DNA of 47,470 nucleotides from assembly GCA_028707125.1 (NCBI GenBank), contig JAQTUX010000001.1, forward strand, positions 928,023-975,492. The letters are read 5' to 3'. Shown here one piece after another: positions 1 through 8,272 of the stretch. The stretch is from Candidatus Omnitrophota bacterium. Its GTDB lineage: Bacteria > Omnitrophota > Gorgyraeia > Gygaellales > JAQTUX01. Both the position numbers and the translations under genes were made by a program. The first letter of the stretch is position 1, and each line of letters starts with the position of its first letter. The notes beneath the pieces are model-generated. The model made no database searches. It saw only the letters and a program-made list of their open reading frames with translations, and had not been told where the DNA came from.

Positions 1-433
1 ACTACAGCTTTACAGTCACAGCCTCAGCAGCAGGGGTGGTCACCATAAAGATACCCGAAGGCGTTGCCCAGGATGCCTCAGCCAATACCAACACAGAATC
101 AGTAACGCTCTCGCGCACGTATTCGCCGGCGCCTCCTGACACGACTCGTCCTACGATCACCTCATTGACCACGACCGCCTCAGAGCCGACCAGCTCAGCA
201 AGTATACCTGTAACATTAGTCTTCTCTGAAAGCGTCACAGGGCTTCTTGCCACAGAGATCACTGTTACCAACGGCTCTGTCTCAGGCCTCTCAGGCTCAG
301 GCACAAACTACAGCTTTACAGTCACAGCCTCAGCAGCAGGGGTGGTCACCATAAAGATACCCGAAGGCGTTGCCCAGGATGCCTCAGCCAATACCAACAC
401 AGAATCAGTAACGCTCTCGCGCACGTATTCGCC
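1..433. repeat. Perfect 127-bp direct repeat (1-127 = 307-433), period 306 bp, inside the giant protein gene
   Basis: Base-by-base comparison shows nt 1-127 identical to nt 307-433, with divergence starting at 128/434. The 306-nt period equals one 102-aa Ig-like repeat unit. The first copy is cut by the window edge. Confidence 0.95.
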
Positions 434-3400
434 CGGGGCAAGGCCCAGGGCTACCTTAAGCGGCGTGCCTTCTGATCCGACCCAAGCGACTTCTGTAACT
501 ATCACAGTCGGGGGCGCGGGGGTCAATTATTATAAGGTAAAGATCGACAGGGGCAGCACCTTAGGCAGCTGGGATCAGTCTGGTGTAATGAGTATATCCA
601 ACCCCAGGATTATCTTAAGCGGATTAGGGGAAGGCAGATATACTGTATCAGTCATCGGCGGCCCTACCTTGGTAGTGGATAATAGATGGCAGGATATTAA
701 CGATCCTACGGTCGCGACCTGGGCGGTGGATATTTTACCTGTGGCAGTGCTTGATGCCGCTACCGTGCCCACAGGCACACTTTACAGCCATTCGGCCACC
801 ATCAGGGTAACCAACCAGAATGATGTGTATGAATACAAATATAAGCTTGATACAGACGCGGAATACACTTCCTACCGCGGCGTCAACATACCCATTTCAT
901 TAGATAATATACCGGCAGGAAGGCGCACCTTATCAGTCGTCGGCAAAGATAATGACGGCAACGAACAACAGGCCCCGACAGAAGTAAGCTGGGAGGTGGC
1001 TGCTTCTCCCGAGATCAAGTCAGCCCTGCCTTCTGAAACAGATCAGATTATGATCGAGGGCTCGACAATGGTCTTTAGCGTTGTTGCCTTTGATAGCAAT
1101 GATACACAGCTGACTTACACATGGTCCCTGGATAACGACAGGGTATCTCAAATAACGGTAAGCACCATATCAGCGGCTACCGAAACAGCAAGTTCTTATA
1201 CTTATTCTCCCGGTTTCAAGGCGGCCGGCAGGCATACATTAAAAGTGGAAGTTTCTGACGGCCATGAATCATCGCTGCCGGCTGTTTACGAGTGGGCTGT
1301 CGCGGTCAATGAGGCCGCCAATGAGCCGGTATTATCGTGGGAATTCAATACCGAAGGGAATAATGAGGGCTGGGTCAACGGCGGCGGCCTGGGTGTTCCG
1401 GCCATATCATCCGGGACATATAAGGCCGATTTTGACGGCGCGGAACCTGTGATGACCGGACCGTCCGGTTTGAATATCAGCACCTCGGCTGCTAAGACCC
1501 TGAGAGTGCGCTACAGGGTTTCTGGCGGTATAACAGCGCAGTTGTCCTGGGCAACAGATGCCGTTAATGAGAATACGGGAGATTTGATACGCGGGCAGGA
1601 AAATTTTCCCATAATCGGCGACGGCAGATTCCACGCAGCCAATGTCTATTTAGGCGAACACCCTGATTGGCAGGGGAACGTTACAGGTATATCATTCTAT
1701 CCTGTCAGCGAGGCGGCAGTAGGCGAAATAGAGATAGATTATATAAGATTTACTGATATGGGGCCGTCTTCATCGCCTGACTGGGAATTCAATGATAATA
1801 ATGCCGAATGCTGGTCCGGGCATGGGAACATCGCTACCCCATTTACGTTTGATAACGGCAAGCTTGTAACAGAGGTTACCGGTAATGATCCGATAATGGA
1901 TATAGGGGGCGTATCAATTGATGCCGATATTTATAAAGGGCTTGAGATAAGATATCGTTTAAAAGGCGGCAGCAACAGCGCGGAAATATTCTGGCGCAGG
2001 GAATTAGGGGGGCAGATAGTTCATCACCGCCTGCAATTGCCGGCTCCGATCAAGACAGACGGATTGTTCCATACGTATTCAATAGACCTTTCTACCAATC
2101 CTTATTGGCAAGGCGAGGTAGTGTATTTCCGTTTTGACCCCACGATGTCGGGCAGCCCGGGTATAATTGGCGAGCCGGTTGAAGTGGAAGTGGACTATAT
2201 AAAATTGGTCGCCTCATCGGCCGCTGCCCCCGTATGGGAATTTGATGAAGAGGGAGAGGCAGGCGGCTGGAGAAACCACGTCTTTGACGATCAGACAACT
2301 CATATGTCCGATTTTGAGATAAGCAACGGCACTCTTAAGACCAGGGTTACGGGCAGCAATTCCTTTATGGAGATCGGTTATGAGAATCCCAATCAGGTCT
2401 TTACGTTCAATGCCGACGGCTATAAAGGCATTTCTATCAGGATGAAGGTTGATAAAGGCAGGGTTGCCTCTGTGTCCTGGCTTAAAGACGGCAGTTACCC
2501 GCGTTCCGCTTTTAATATAATCGCCGACGGCCAGTTCCATACCTATGATATTGATTTCAGCGGCATCCCGCAATGGTCGGGCGATCTGTCGTATTTGAGG
2601 TTTAATCCCATTGAAGGCGCGACAGGTTTGGGGGCAAACGTAGAGATAGAATATATCAGGATCATAGACCAGCTGTATGGCCCGCGTTGGGAATTTGATG
2701 ATGATGGCGATATGGAGGGATGGGTTTTGCAGCACTCGCTATCGGCTGTCGAAGGCCTGCCCGCGGTGGTATCCGGACGCCTCAAGGCCGAGATTACCGG
2801 CGGTTATCCTTCCATGTATATCAGGGATGGGGTTAGTTTCTCCGCCGTTACCTTCCCGCATGTTCAGATAAGATACAGGGTCATACCGGGCTCCCCAACC
2901 GGTGAATTGGCTGATGCCGCGCAGCTTCACTGGGGCGCGCGGGATGCGGGTAATAACTGGATCGCCGGAACAAAGGATTTTTCGATCAATTCAGACGGGC
3001 TTTGGCATGTTGCCAGCATTGACTTAAGCCAGGAGGCTAATTGGAAAGACGGCATCGTGTACCTGCGTTATGACCCCGTGGAAGGCGTTTCAAGCGGCGC
3101 GGTAGAAGTGGACTATATCCGTTTTTCCCATTACCGTCCGCCCGTAACTGATCTACCCGAGTGGTCGTTTAATATTGACGGGAATGCCCAGGGGTGGTCG
3201 CCTTATCGCTACCTTGACGATCCAGTCGTAGAGGACGGCAGGATGCAAACGCGAGTAACCGGCATTACTCCGTATATGTACGGCCCGCTGGGAGAGGATA
3301 TAGATGCTGACGCGGCAAAGGGAGTTGAGATAAAATACAGGATAAGCGGTGATTTAGACGCTTTCCCAAGCCTGCAGAATGACCCTCGCATGCGCCTGCT

Positions 3401-5516
3401 CTGGATCAGGGATGGCGAAAGTTACAGCGCCAGCAGAATGAAGGTTATGCCTATAGAGCCGGACGGGCAATATCATACTCTTACGATCCCCCTGGGATCG
3501 GATGATAATTGGTCGGGTATAGTAAAGCGCCTAAGGATACATCCGCTCCTGAGCGTGTCTGAACTCAGGTCCGGTGAGTTGGCGGGAGCGGATCTCTATG
3601 CGGAGATAGATTATATAAAGATCACCGACCATCTGGCTCCTCATTACTGGGAGTTTGACGAGGCCGACAATACGGAAGGGTGGACGCCCAGGCATTCACT
3701 TTCCGACTTTACGGTATCATACAATGAAGACATATCGTCCGGGACGTTGTTGGCAAGCGTAACGAACGCGGATCCTTATATGTCAGTCAACAGCGTTAAT
3801 TTCCCGGCGGACAACTTCCCTTACCTTCAGATAAGGTACAGGGCCCAGTCAGGGCACGCGGCAGAGCTGCATTGGGGCGCGAGGGATATCAATAGTAACT
3901 GGATCCCGGGATACGCGAATTTCTCCATTATTTCAGACGGGCTTTGGCATGTTGCCGATATCAATTTAAGCCGGGAGCCCCAGTGGCGCGAGAGGATCGT
4001 ATCTTTCCGTTATGACCCCACAGTGGGCTCAAACGGCGAGGTGGAGATAGATTATATCCGGTTTTCAAGTTCTCCGGCCTCCGGCAGGGATGATATAGTG
4101 CCTCATTGGGAGTTTGACGAGGCCGACAATCCCGAAGGCTGGATACCCAGGAACTCTCTTTCCGACTTTACGGTATCATACAATGAAGAGATTTCATCCG
4201 GGACGTTAAATACCCGCCTTACCGGCTCCGATCCGTTTATGTCCACTTCCGGCGGAGTAGATTTCTCCGCGGCCACGTTCCCGTATGTCCAGATAAGGTA
4301 CAGGGCCACTCCGGACGATTACGCTTCCGCCGCGCCGCAATATGAGGCGGCGCAGCTATACTGGGGCGCGAAGGACGCGAATAACGCGTGGATCTCAGGG
4401 GTGAAGAATTTCCTGATCAATGCGGACGGGATCTTCCATACCGCCACACTTGATCTAAGTCAGGAGGCCAATTGGAAGGAGAGGATAGTGTCTTTGCGCT
4501 ACGACCCGGCAGTGAGAGCCGATAAAGATATGAGCATAGAGATAGACTATGTGCGTTTCTTTAATTCGCGGCCCGCGCCCGAGGCCCCCGAGTGGCTGTT
4601 TGACATTGACGGCAATAAACAGGGATGGTCGCCGAATAGGCAGATAGGGGAAGAAACGGGCGATTTTGAGGTGGAGGGCGGAAAGCTGAAAATGCGCGTA
4701 ACCGGAAAGGATCCGTTTATATTCGGGCCTTTGGGACAGGAGATAGACGCAGATACATATAAATCCATAGAGATAAAACTTAAGATCGATGCCTCTCTGG
4801 ATGTATTCCCCAGCCTTAAGAATGCCTACCTGCAGTTATATTGGGTGAGAGAAGGCGAGGACTTCAGCCAGGAGAGGTACAAGGCCGTTCCCATAGGTAC
4901 AGACGGAGTGTATACGATTACAATGGGCCCGCAGGATATTAATTGGTCAGGCATGATAAAGCGCATAAGGATAGACCCTGTGGCATATCTGCCTGAATTC
5001 AAGGATGGCGTTCCGGCAGGAGATATCCGGGTTGAAGTGGATTATATCAAGGTCAGGGAGACCCCGTCTGTCGATCTGTCGCTTTCGCCCGCGGAGGGTG
5101 ATTTTAATGTCGGCAGCGAATATATATTCAAGACAACATATATAGATAATAGCGCGAGGGAAGACATCGCCTTCGCGGAATTTCTCATCAGCGATGGGAC
5201 GAAGACGATCAGGGCGCTGTATGTGCCGGCTGATGGAAAACTGCGTATTATAGATGATGACGGTAGATGGTCGGAAGGCTTTGATCCCGAATCCGCTAAC
5301 AGGATCGAGAACAGGTATGGCACCCTGAATTGTTCAAGGACGAAAGTATATACTATAGGCACAACCGGCATAGGTATTGATTGGGCATTCAGGTTCAATG
5401 ATGAATTTGCCGGCCCTAAAGATATGTCTCTTGCCGCGACAGAGCGCGTTGGCTCCGGGGAGGCAAGATTCTTAGGGTGGTTCAAGAAAGGCAGTATAAA
5501 TATTATAGAGAAATAA
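3..5516 (+). CDS. Giant secreted/surface repeat protein, 5'-truncated by the window edge. It has Ig-like repeats, Y_Y_Y/PKD-like Ig folds, eight tandem ~150-160-aa modules and a unique C-terminal domain.
   Basis: The frame is open from nt 3. The track Met at 36 is internal, because nt 3-35 encode YSFTVTASAAGV, the same peptide as the next repeat copy. The ORF is 1826+ aa with no Cys-rich or TM segments. It carries the motifs YKVKIDRGS / YEYKYKLD (Y_Y_Y-like) and TYTWSLDND...HTLKVEVSDG (PKD-like), then eight repeats of W(E/S/L)F..(E/Q)GW...DGxxH...W.G.(I/V)..(L/F)R.DP...(I/V)E(I/V)DYI(R/K). Confidence 0.9.
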   Translation, partial: YSFTVTASAAGVVTIKIPEGVAQDASANTNTESVTLSRTYSPAPPDTTRPTITSLTTTASEPTSSASIPVTLVFSESVTGLLATEITVTNGSVSGLSGSGTNYSFTVTASAAGVVTIKIPEGVAQDASANTNTESVTLSRTYSPGARPRATLSGVPSDPTQATSVTITVGGAGVNYYKVKIDRGSTLGSWDQSGVMSISNPRIILSGLGEGRYTVSVIGGPTLVVDNRWQDINDPTVATWAVDILPVAVLDAATVPTGTLYSHSATIRVTNQNDVYEYKYKLDTDAEYTSYRGVNIPISLDNIPAGRRTLSVVGKDNDGNEQQAPTEVSWEVAASPEIKSALPSETDQIMIEGSTMVFSVVAFDSNDTQLTYTWSLDNDRVSQITVSTISAATETASSYTYSPGFKAAGRHTLKVEVSDGHESSLPAVYEWAVAVNEAANEPVLSWEFNTEGNNEGWVNGGGLGVPAISSGTYKADFDGAEPVMTGPSGLNISTSAAKTLRVRYRVSGGITAQLSWATDAVNENTGDLIRGQENFPIIGDGRFHAANVYLGEHPDWQGNVTGISFYPVSEAAVGEIEIDYIRFTDMGPSSSPDWEFNDNNAECWSGHGNIATPFTFDNGKLVTEVTGNDPIMDIGGVSIDADIYKGLEIRYRLKGGSNSAEIFWRRELGGQIVHHRLQLPAPIKTDGLFHTYSIDLSTNPYWQGEVVYFRFDPTMSGSPGIIGEPVEVEVDYIKLVASSAAAPVWEFDEEGEAGGWRNHVFDDQTTHMSDFEISNGTLKTRVTGSNSFMEIGYENPNQVFTFNADGYKGISIRMKVDKGRVASVSWLKDGSYPRSAFNIIADGQFHTYDIDFSGIPQWSGDLSYLRFNPIEGATGLGANVEIEYIRIIDQLYGPRWEFDDDGDMEGWVLQHSLSAVEGLPAVVSGRLKAEITGGYPSMYIRDGVSFSAVTFPHVQIRYRVIPGSPTGELADAAQLHWGARDAGNNWIAGTKDFSINSDGLWHVASIDLSQEANWKDGIVYLRYDPVEGVSSGAVEVDYIRFSHYRPPVTDLPEWSFNIDGNAQGWSPYRYLDDPVVEDGRMQTRVTGITPYMYGPLGEDIDADAAKGVEIKYRISGDLDAFPSLQNDPRMRLLWIRDGESYSASRMKVMPIEPDGQYHTLTIPLGSDDNWSGIVKRLRIHPLLSVSELRSGELAGADLYAEIDYIKITDHLAPHYWEFDEADNTEGWTPRHSLSDFTVSYNEDISSGTLLASVTNADPYMSVNSVNFPADNFPYLQIRYRAQSGHAAELHWGARDINSNWIPGYANFSIISDGLWHVADINLSREPQWRERIVSFRYDPTVGSNGEVEIDYIRFSSSPASGRDDIVPHWEFDEADNPEGWIPRNSLSDFTVSYNEEISSGTLNTRLTGSDPFMSTSGGVDFSAATFPYVQIRYRATPDDYASAAPQYEAAQLYWGAKDANNAWISGVKNFLINADGIFHTATLDLSQEANWKERIVSLRYDPAVRADKDMSIEIDYVRFFNSRPAPEAPEWLFDIDGNKQGWSPNRQIGEETGDFEVEGGKLKMRVTGKDPFIFGPLGQEIDADTYKSIEIKLKIDASLDVFPSLKNAYLQLYWVREGEDFSQERYKAVPIGTDGVYTITMGPQDINWSGMIKRIRIDPVAYLPEFKDGVPAGDIRVEVDYIKVRETPSVDLSLSPAEGDFNVGSEYIFKTTYIDNSAREDIAFAEFLISDGTKTIRALYVPADGKLRIIDDDGRWSEGFDPESANRIENRYGTLNCSRTKVYTIGTTGIGIDWAFRFNDEFAGPKDMSLAATERVGSGEARFLGWFKKGSINIIEK

Positions 5517-5574
5517 AGCGATCCTTCCTTAATTTCCCGATCTTCAGCAATTCCCCCTGTTTCTGAAAACCCCT

Positions 5575-5602
5575 TTGTCTTTACCTGTTTTTATGCTAAA
5601 AT
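5575..5602 (+). promoter_or_regulatory. Candidate sigma70-type promoter (TTGTCT-16 nt-TAAAAT) upstream of the lipoprotein gene
   Basis: ttgtct lies at 5575-5580 and taaaat at 5597-5602, 21 nt upstream of the ATG at 5624. The SD sequence agggagg sits in between. Confidence 0.3.
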
Positions 5603-5623
5603 TACCCAAAAGGGAGGTATGCC

Positions 5624-6178
5624 ATGATTAAACGATTCTATCTGATTTTATTTATCCTTTTTCTGATCAGCGGATGTCAGGGGAAAGAACAGGGGTCGCC
5701 TGTCGCCATCGAGATCGACAAGATGAAGATCACGGCAGCCGAATTTGAAGACGCCTTTAATAATTCTTTCTTCGCGAAAACCTCAGACCCGTCGGCAAAA
5801 AAAGAATTCCTGGATAATTTTATTACCAGAAAGCTTATCCTGAGAGAGGCGGAGAGAGAGGGGCTGGATAAAAGCCCGAAATTCCTGCAGGACGTTGAAC
5901 TCTTCTGGCAGCAGTCGCTGCTTAAGTTGATGCTGGACAGGAAGGCCAGGGAACTTTCCATTAATTTAGCCGTGGATGACAGGGAGATCAAAAAATATTA
6001 CGACGCCCATCGCGACGCGGAGTTCTCCGGGAAGACGCTGGAAGAGGCCTACGGGCAGATAAAGTTTATGATCCTGCAGAATAAAGGGACGGAAGCGCTC
6101 TCCGGATGGACGGATTCCTTGAGAGAGAAGTCAAGCGTGAAGATAGGACGGGAATTATTGAATATTGAAGTAAAATAG
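5624..6178 (+). CDS. Lipoprotein with a SurA-N/PpiC-chaperone-like helical domain and no obvious PPIase domain
   Basis: The signal peptide and lipobox are MIKRFYLILFILFLISGC. The strong SD agggagg precedes the start. The Lys/Glu-rich helical sequence resembles the N-terminal chaperone region of SurA/PrsA-type proteins, recognised by pattern only. Confidence 0.6.
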   Translation: MIKRFYLILFILFLISGCQGKEQGSPVAIEIDKMKITAAEFEDAFNNSFFAKTSDPSAKKEFLDNFITRKLILREAEREGLDKSPKFLQDVELFWQQSLLKLMLDRKARELSINLAVDDREIKKYYDAHRDAEFSGKTLEEAYGQIKFMILQNKGTEALSGWTDSLREKSSVKIGRELLNIEVK

Positions 6179-6188
6179 GGGGGCGGTT

Positions 6189-6749
6189 ATGGATATGGAT
6201 AAGAGGAGATTAAGAAGGAATTATTTTATTGATAAGGAGTTCCAGACGAAATTTATCCTTAAGTTCTGCCTGATCGTTGTCTTGTCGTCTTTGGTATTGA
6301 GTTTTTTTATAATATTCCTTTCCCGGGGCTCTACCACCGTTACGATCGAGAATGCCAGGGTCATGGTAAAGGGGAGCGCTGATTTTATATTCCCCATACT
6401 GCTTCAGACATTGCTTATCGCCACCGTGTTTTCGGCGGTCGCCGTCAGCGTCCTGACCTTATTTATCTCGCACAGAATAGCCGGGCCGCTTTATAGAATG
6501 AAGAGGGAAATAGATATATTGAAAAGCGGCGATCTGACCCCGAGTTTTAAGATCAGGGAAAATGACCAGTTGCAGCATTTGGCATCCGCGCTTTCCGAAC
6601 TGTCGGGTTCCTTAAGGGATAAACACAAGGCCGTAAAGGAAAAGGCGTCGCAGCTGCGCGATTTATTGCGGCAGCCGCAGTATAACAAAGAAGCGGTTGA
6701 AAGCAAATTAAAGGAATTAGAAGACGCCCTGAATTATTTCAAGATCTAA
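6189..6749 (+). CDS. Two-TM membrane protein with a cytoplasmic HAMP domain and coiled coil, with no output domain
   Basis: There are two hydrophobic helices (FILKFCLIVVLSSLVLSFFIIFL and LLQTLLIATVFSAVAVSVLTLFI). A HAMP-like segment SHRIAGPLYRMKREIDILKSGDLT...ENDQLQHLASALSELS follows. Confidence 0.7.
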   Translation: MDMDKRRLRRNYFIDKEFQTKFILKFCLIVVLSSLVLSFFIIFLSRGSTTVTIENARVMVKGSADFIFPILLQTLLIATVFSAVAVSVLTLFISHRIAGPLYRMKREIDILKSGDLTPSFKIRENDQLQHLASALSELSGSLRDKHKAVKEKASQLRDLLRQPQYNKEAVESKLKELEDALNYFKI

Positions 6750-7313
6750 ATGCCGCGCCTTATCAGAAGAGATTTAAGCTTATTGTCCGCCGTCCTCTTA
6801 TGCCTTTCTGTTCAGGGATGGGCTTTTGCCGACGAGGTAACGAGCAAGTATTTCAAAGCTAATATCCGGGGCGGCGGCGATATCTACCGCGCGCTTGAGA
6901 AGCTGGATATAAAAAGCTTACGCCAGCCGGACGTAGCGCTCAATAAGGGCGCCTCCGACGCGAAAGACATATTAAAGAATACGCTGGATACGCTGTATCT
7001 TGAGGTCTCCGATATCCTGGATATCCATATGTACAGCTTTCAGATCAACCTGGAGGTCCTGCCGGATAAAAACAGCCTTAAGGCGCTTTTACGGGAGCTT
7101 TATGGAGCGGGGGCGGACGCGGACTCATTTTATTTTTACGAAAGGAATACCATATATATATCTTTGGAGAGGATGACCCCGGGCATGCTGGCGCACGAAA
7201 CAGCGCACGCGATCCTGTCCCGTTATTTTGCCGTGCCCGCTCCGGAGAAGGTGCAGGAGGTGCTTTCGGCTTACGTAGAGCACTCCCTGAATAAAAAATT
7301 GACAAATCATTGA
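6750..7313 (+). CDS. Secreted protein with an HExxH motif (putative zinc metallopeptidase-like)
   Basis: The signal-like N-terminus is LSLLSAVLLCLSVQGWAFA. The motif MLAHETAHAIL contains HExxH. The ATG immediately follows the upstream stop. Confidence 0.55.
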   Translation: MPRLIRRDLSLLSAVLLCLSVQGWAFADEVTSKYFKANIRGGGDIYRALEKLDIKSLRQPDVALNKGASDAKDILKNTLDTLYLEVSDILDIHMYSFQINLEVLPDKNSLKALLRELYGAGADADSFYFYERNTIYISLERMTPGMLAHETAHAILSRYFAVPAPEKVQEVLSAYVEHSLNKKLTNH

Positions 7314-7327
7314 TTTTATGTTATACT
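7299..7327 (+). promoter_or_regulatory. Near-consensus promoter TTGACA-17 nt-TATACT for rplM-rpsI
   Basis: ttgaca lies at 7299-7304, inside the end of the upstream ORF, and tatact at 7322-7327. The rplM ATG is at 7338 and no SD lies between. Confidence 0.55.
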
Positions 7328-7337
7328 TTCTACTCTT

Positions 7338-7769
7338 ATGAAGATATTGACAATACCCAGGAAATCCGAGATCAAACGTAAATGGTACCTTCTGGACGCC
7401 AAAGGGAAGATACTGGGCAAGGTAGCCGTTAAAGCGGCAACCCTGCTTAGGGGCAAGCATAAGCCCACTTTTACTCCTTATATGGATACGGGCGACTGCG
7501 TAGTCGTGATAAACGCCGCGGATATCAAGGTTACAGGCGCCAAAATGGAGCAGAAGTTATACAGGAGGCATTCCGGCTATCCCGGGGGGCTGCGCGAGGT
7601 CCCGTTGGGAAAAATGCTGGCAGCAAGGCCTGAGCAGGTTATGCGGCTGGCCGTGAAGAGGATGCTGCCCACTTCCGCGTTGAGCAGATGTATGCTCAGG
7701 CGGCTTAAGATCTACGCCGGCGAACAGGGTTACTCAAAGTCATTGAAACCAACATCACTGGAGGTTTAA
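7338..7769 (+). CDS. rplM: 50S ribosomal protein L13
   Basis: The sequence KRKWYLLDAKGKILGKVAVKAATLLRGKHKPTFTPYMDTGDCVVVINA...YRRHSGYPGGL is typical of uL13. Confidence 0.97.
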   Translation: MKILTIPRKSEIKRKWYLLDAKGKILGKVAVKAATLLRGKHKPTFTPYMDTGDCVVVINAADIKVTGAKMEQKLYRRHSGYPGGLREVPLGKMLAARPEQVMRLAVKRMLPTSALSRCMLRRLKIYAGEQGYSKSLKPTSLEV

Positions 7770-7775
7770 AGATAC

Positions 7776-8171
7776 ATGGAAGAGGTCATTAAATATACGG
7801 CCACCGGCCGGCGCAAGGAGTCGGTAGCGAGGGTAATCCTTGTTTCCGGAGAGGGCAATATCACGGTCAATGAGCGGCCGCTGGAAGGGTATTTCAAGAG
7901 AGAGACAGACAGGATCGTCATACAGCAGCCATTTTCAGCGACTAACACCTTAAAGAAGTTTGACTGCGTTGCCAAGGTTTCCGGCGGCGGGATATCAGGC
8001 CAGACAGGGGCGCTGAGGCTGGGTATCGCCAGGGCGCTGTTGAAGGCGGATGATTCGCTGTCGCAGATACTCAAGAAAAGCGGATTTCTTTCGCGCGATG
8101 CCCGTATGAAAGAGCGCAAGAAGTTCGGGCAGAAGGGGGCACGCAGGCGCTTCCAGTGGACTAAGCGTTAA
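7776..8171 (+). CDS. rpsI: 30S ribosomal protein S9
   Basis: The sequences ATGRRKESVARV...GGGISGQTGALRLGIARAL...LSRDARMKERKKFGQKGARRRFQWTKR are typical of uS9, and the gene follows rplM as in most bacteria. Confidence 0.97.
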   Translation: MEEVIKYTATGRRKESVARVILVSGEGNITVNERPLEGYFKRETDRIVIQQPFSATNTLKKFDCVAKVSGGGISGQTGALRLGIARALLKADDSLSQILKKSGFLSRDARMKERKKFGQKGARRRFQWTKR

Positions 8172-8194
8172 TATAAATATTTCTTGGAAAACAG

Positions 8195-8240
8195 GCCTAT
8201 CTCGACGAAAAATATATTGACGAGATAGGCTTTTTCTTTT
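8195..8240 (+). terminator. Rho-independent terminator after rpsI
   Basis: A 10-bp perfect stem pairs gcctatctcg (8195-8204) with cgagataggc (8221-8230). The loop is 16 nt and the stem is followed by tttttctttt. Confidence 0.8.
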
Positions 8241-8272
8241 ATCATAAGTTAATACTCGAGGAGAAAATAAGA

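Noticed and set aside
8241-8272. Possible ARG box, riboswitch or attenuator upstream of argC, and a lysine riboswitch upstream of lysA or dapA
   Set aside because: The spacers are too short (about 30 nt or overlapping) for known leader RNAs. I could not see a convincing ARG-box palindrome by eye.
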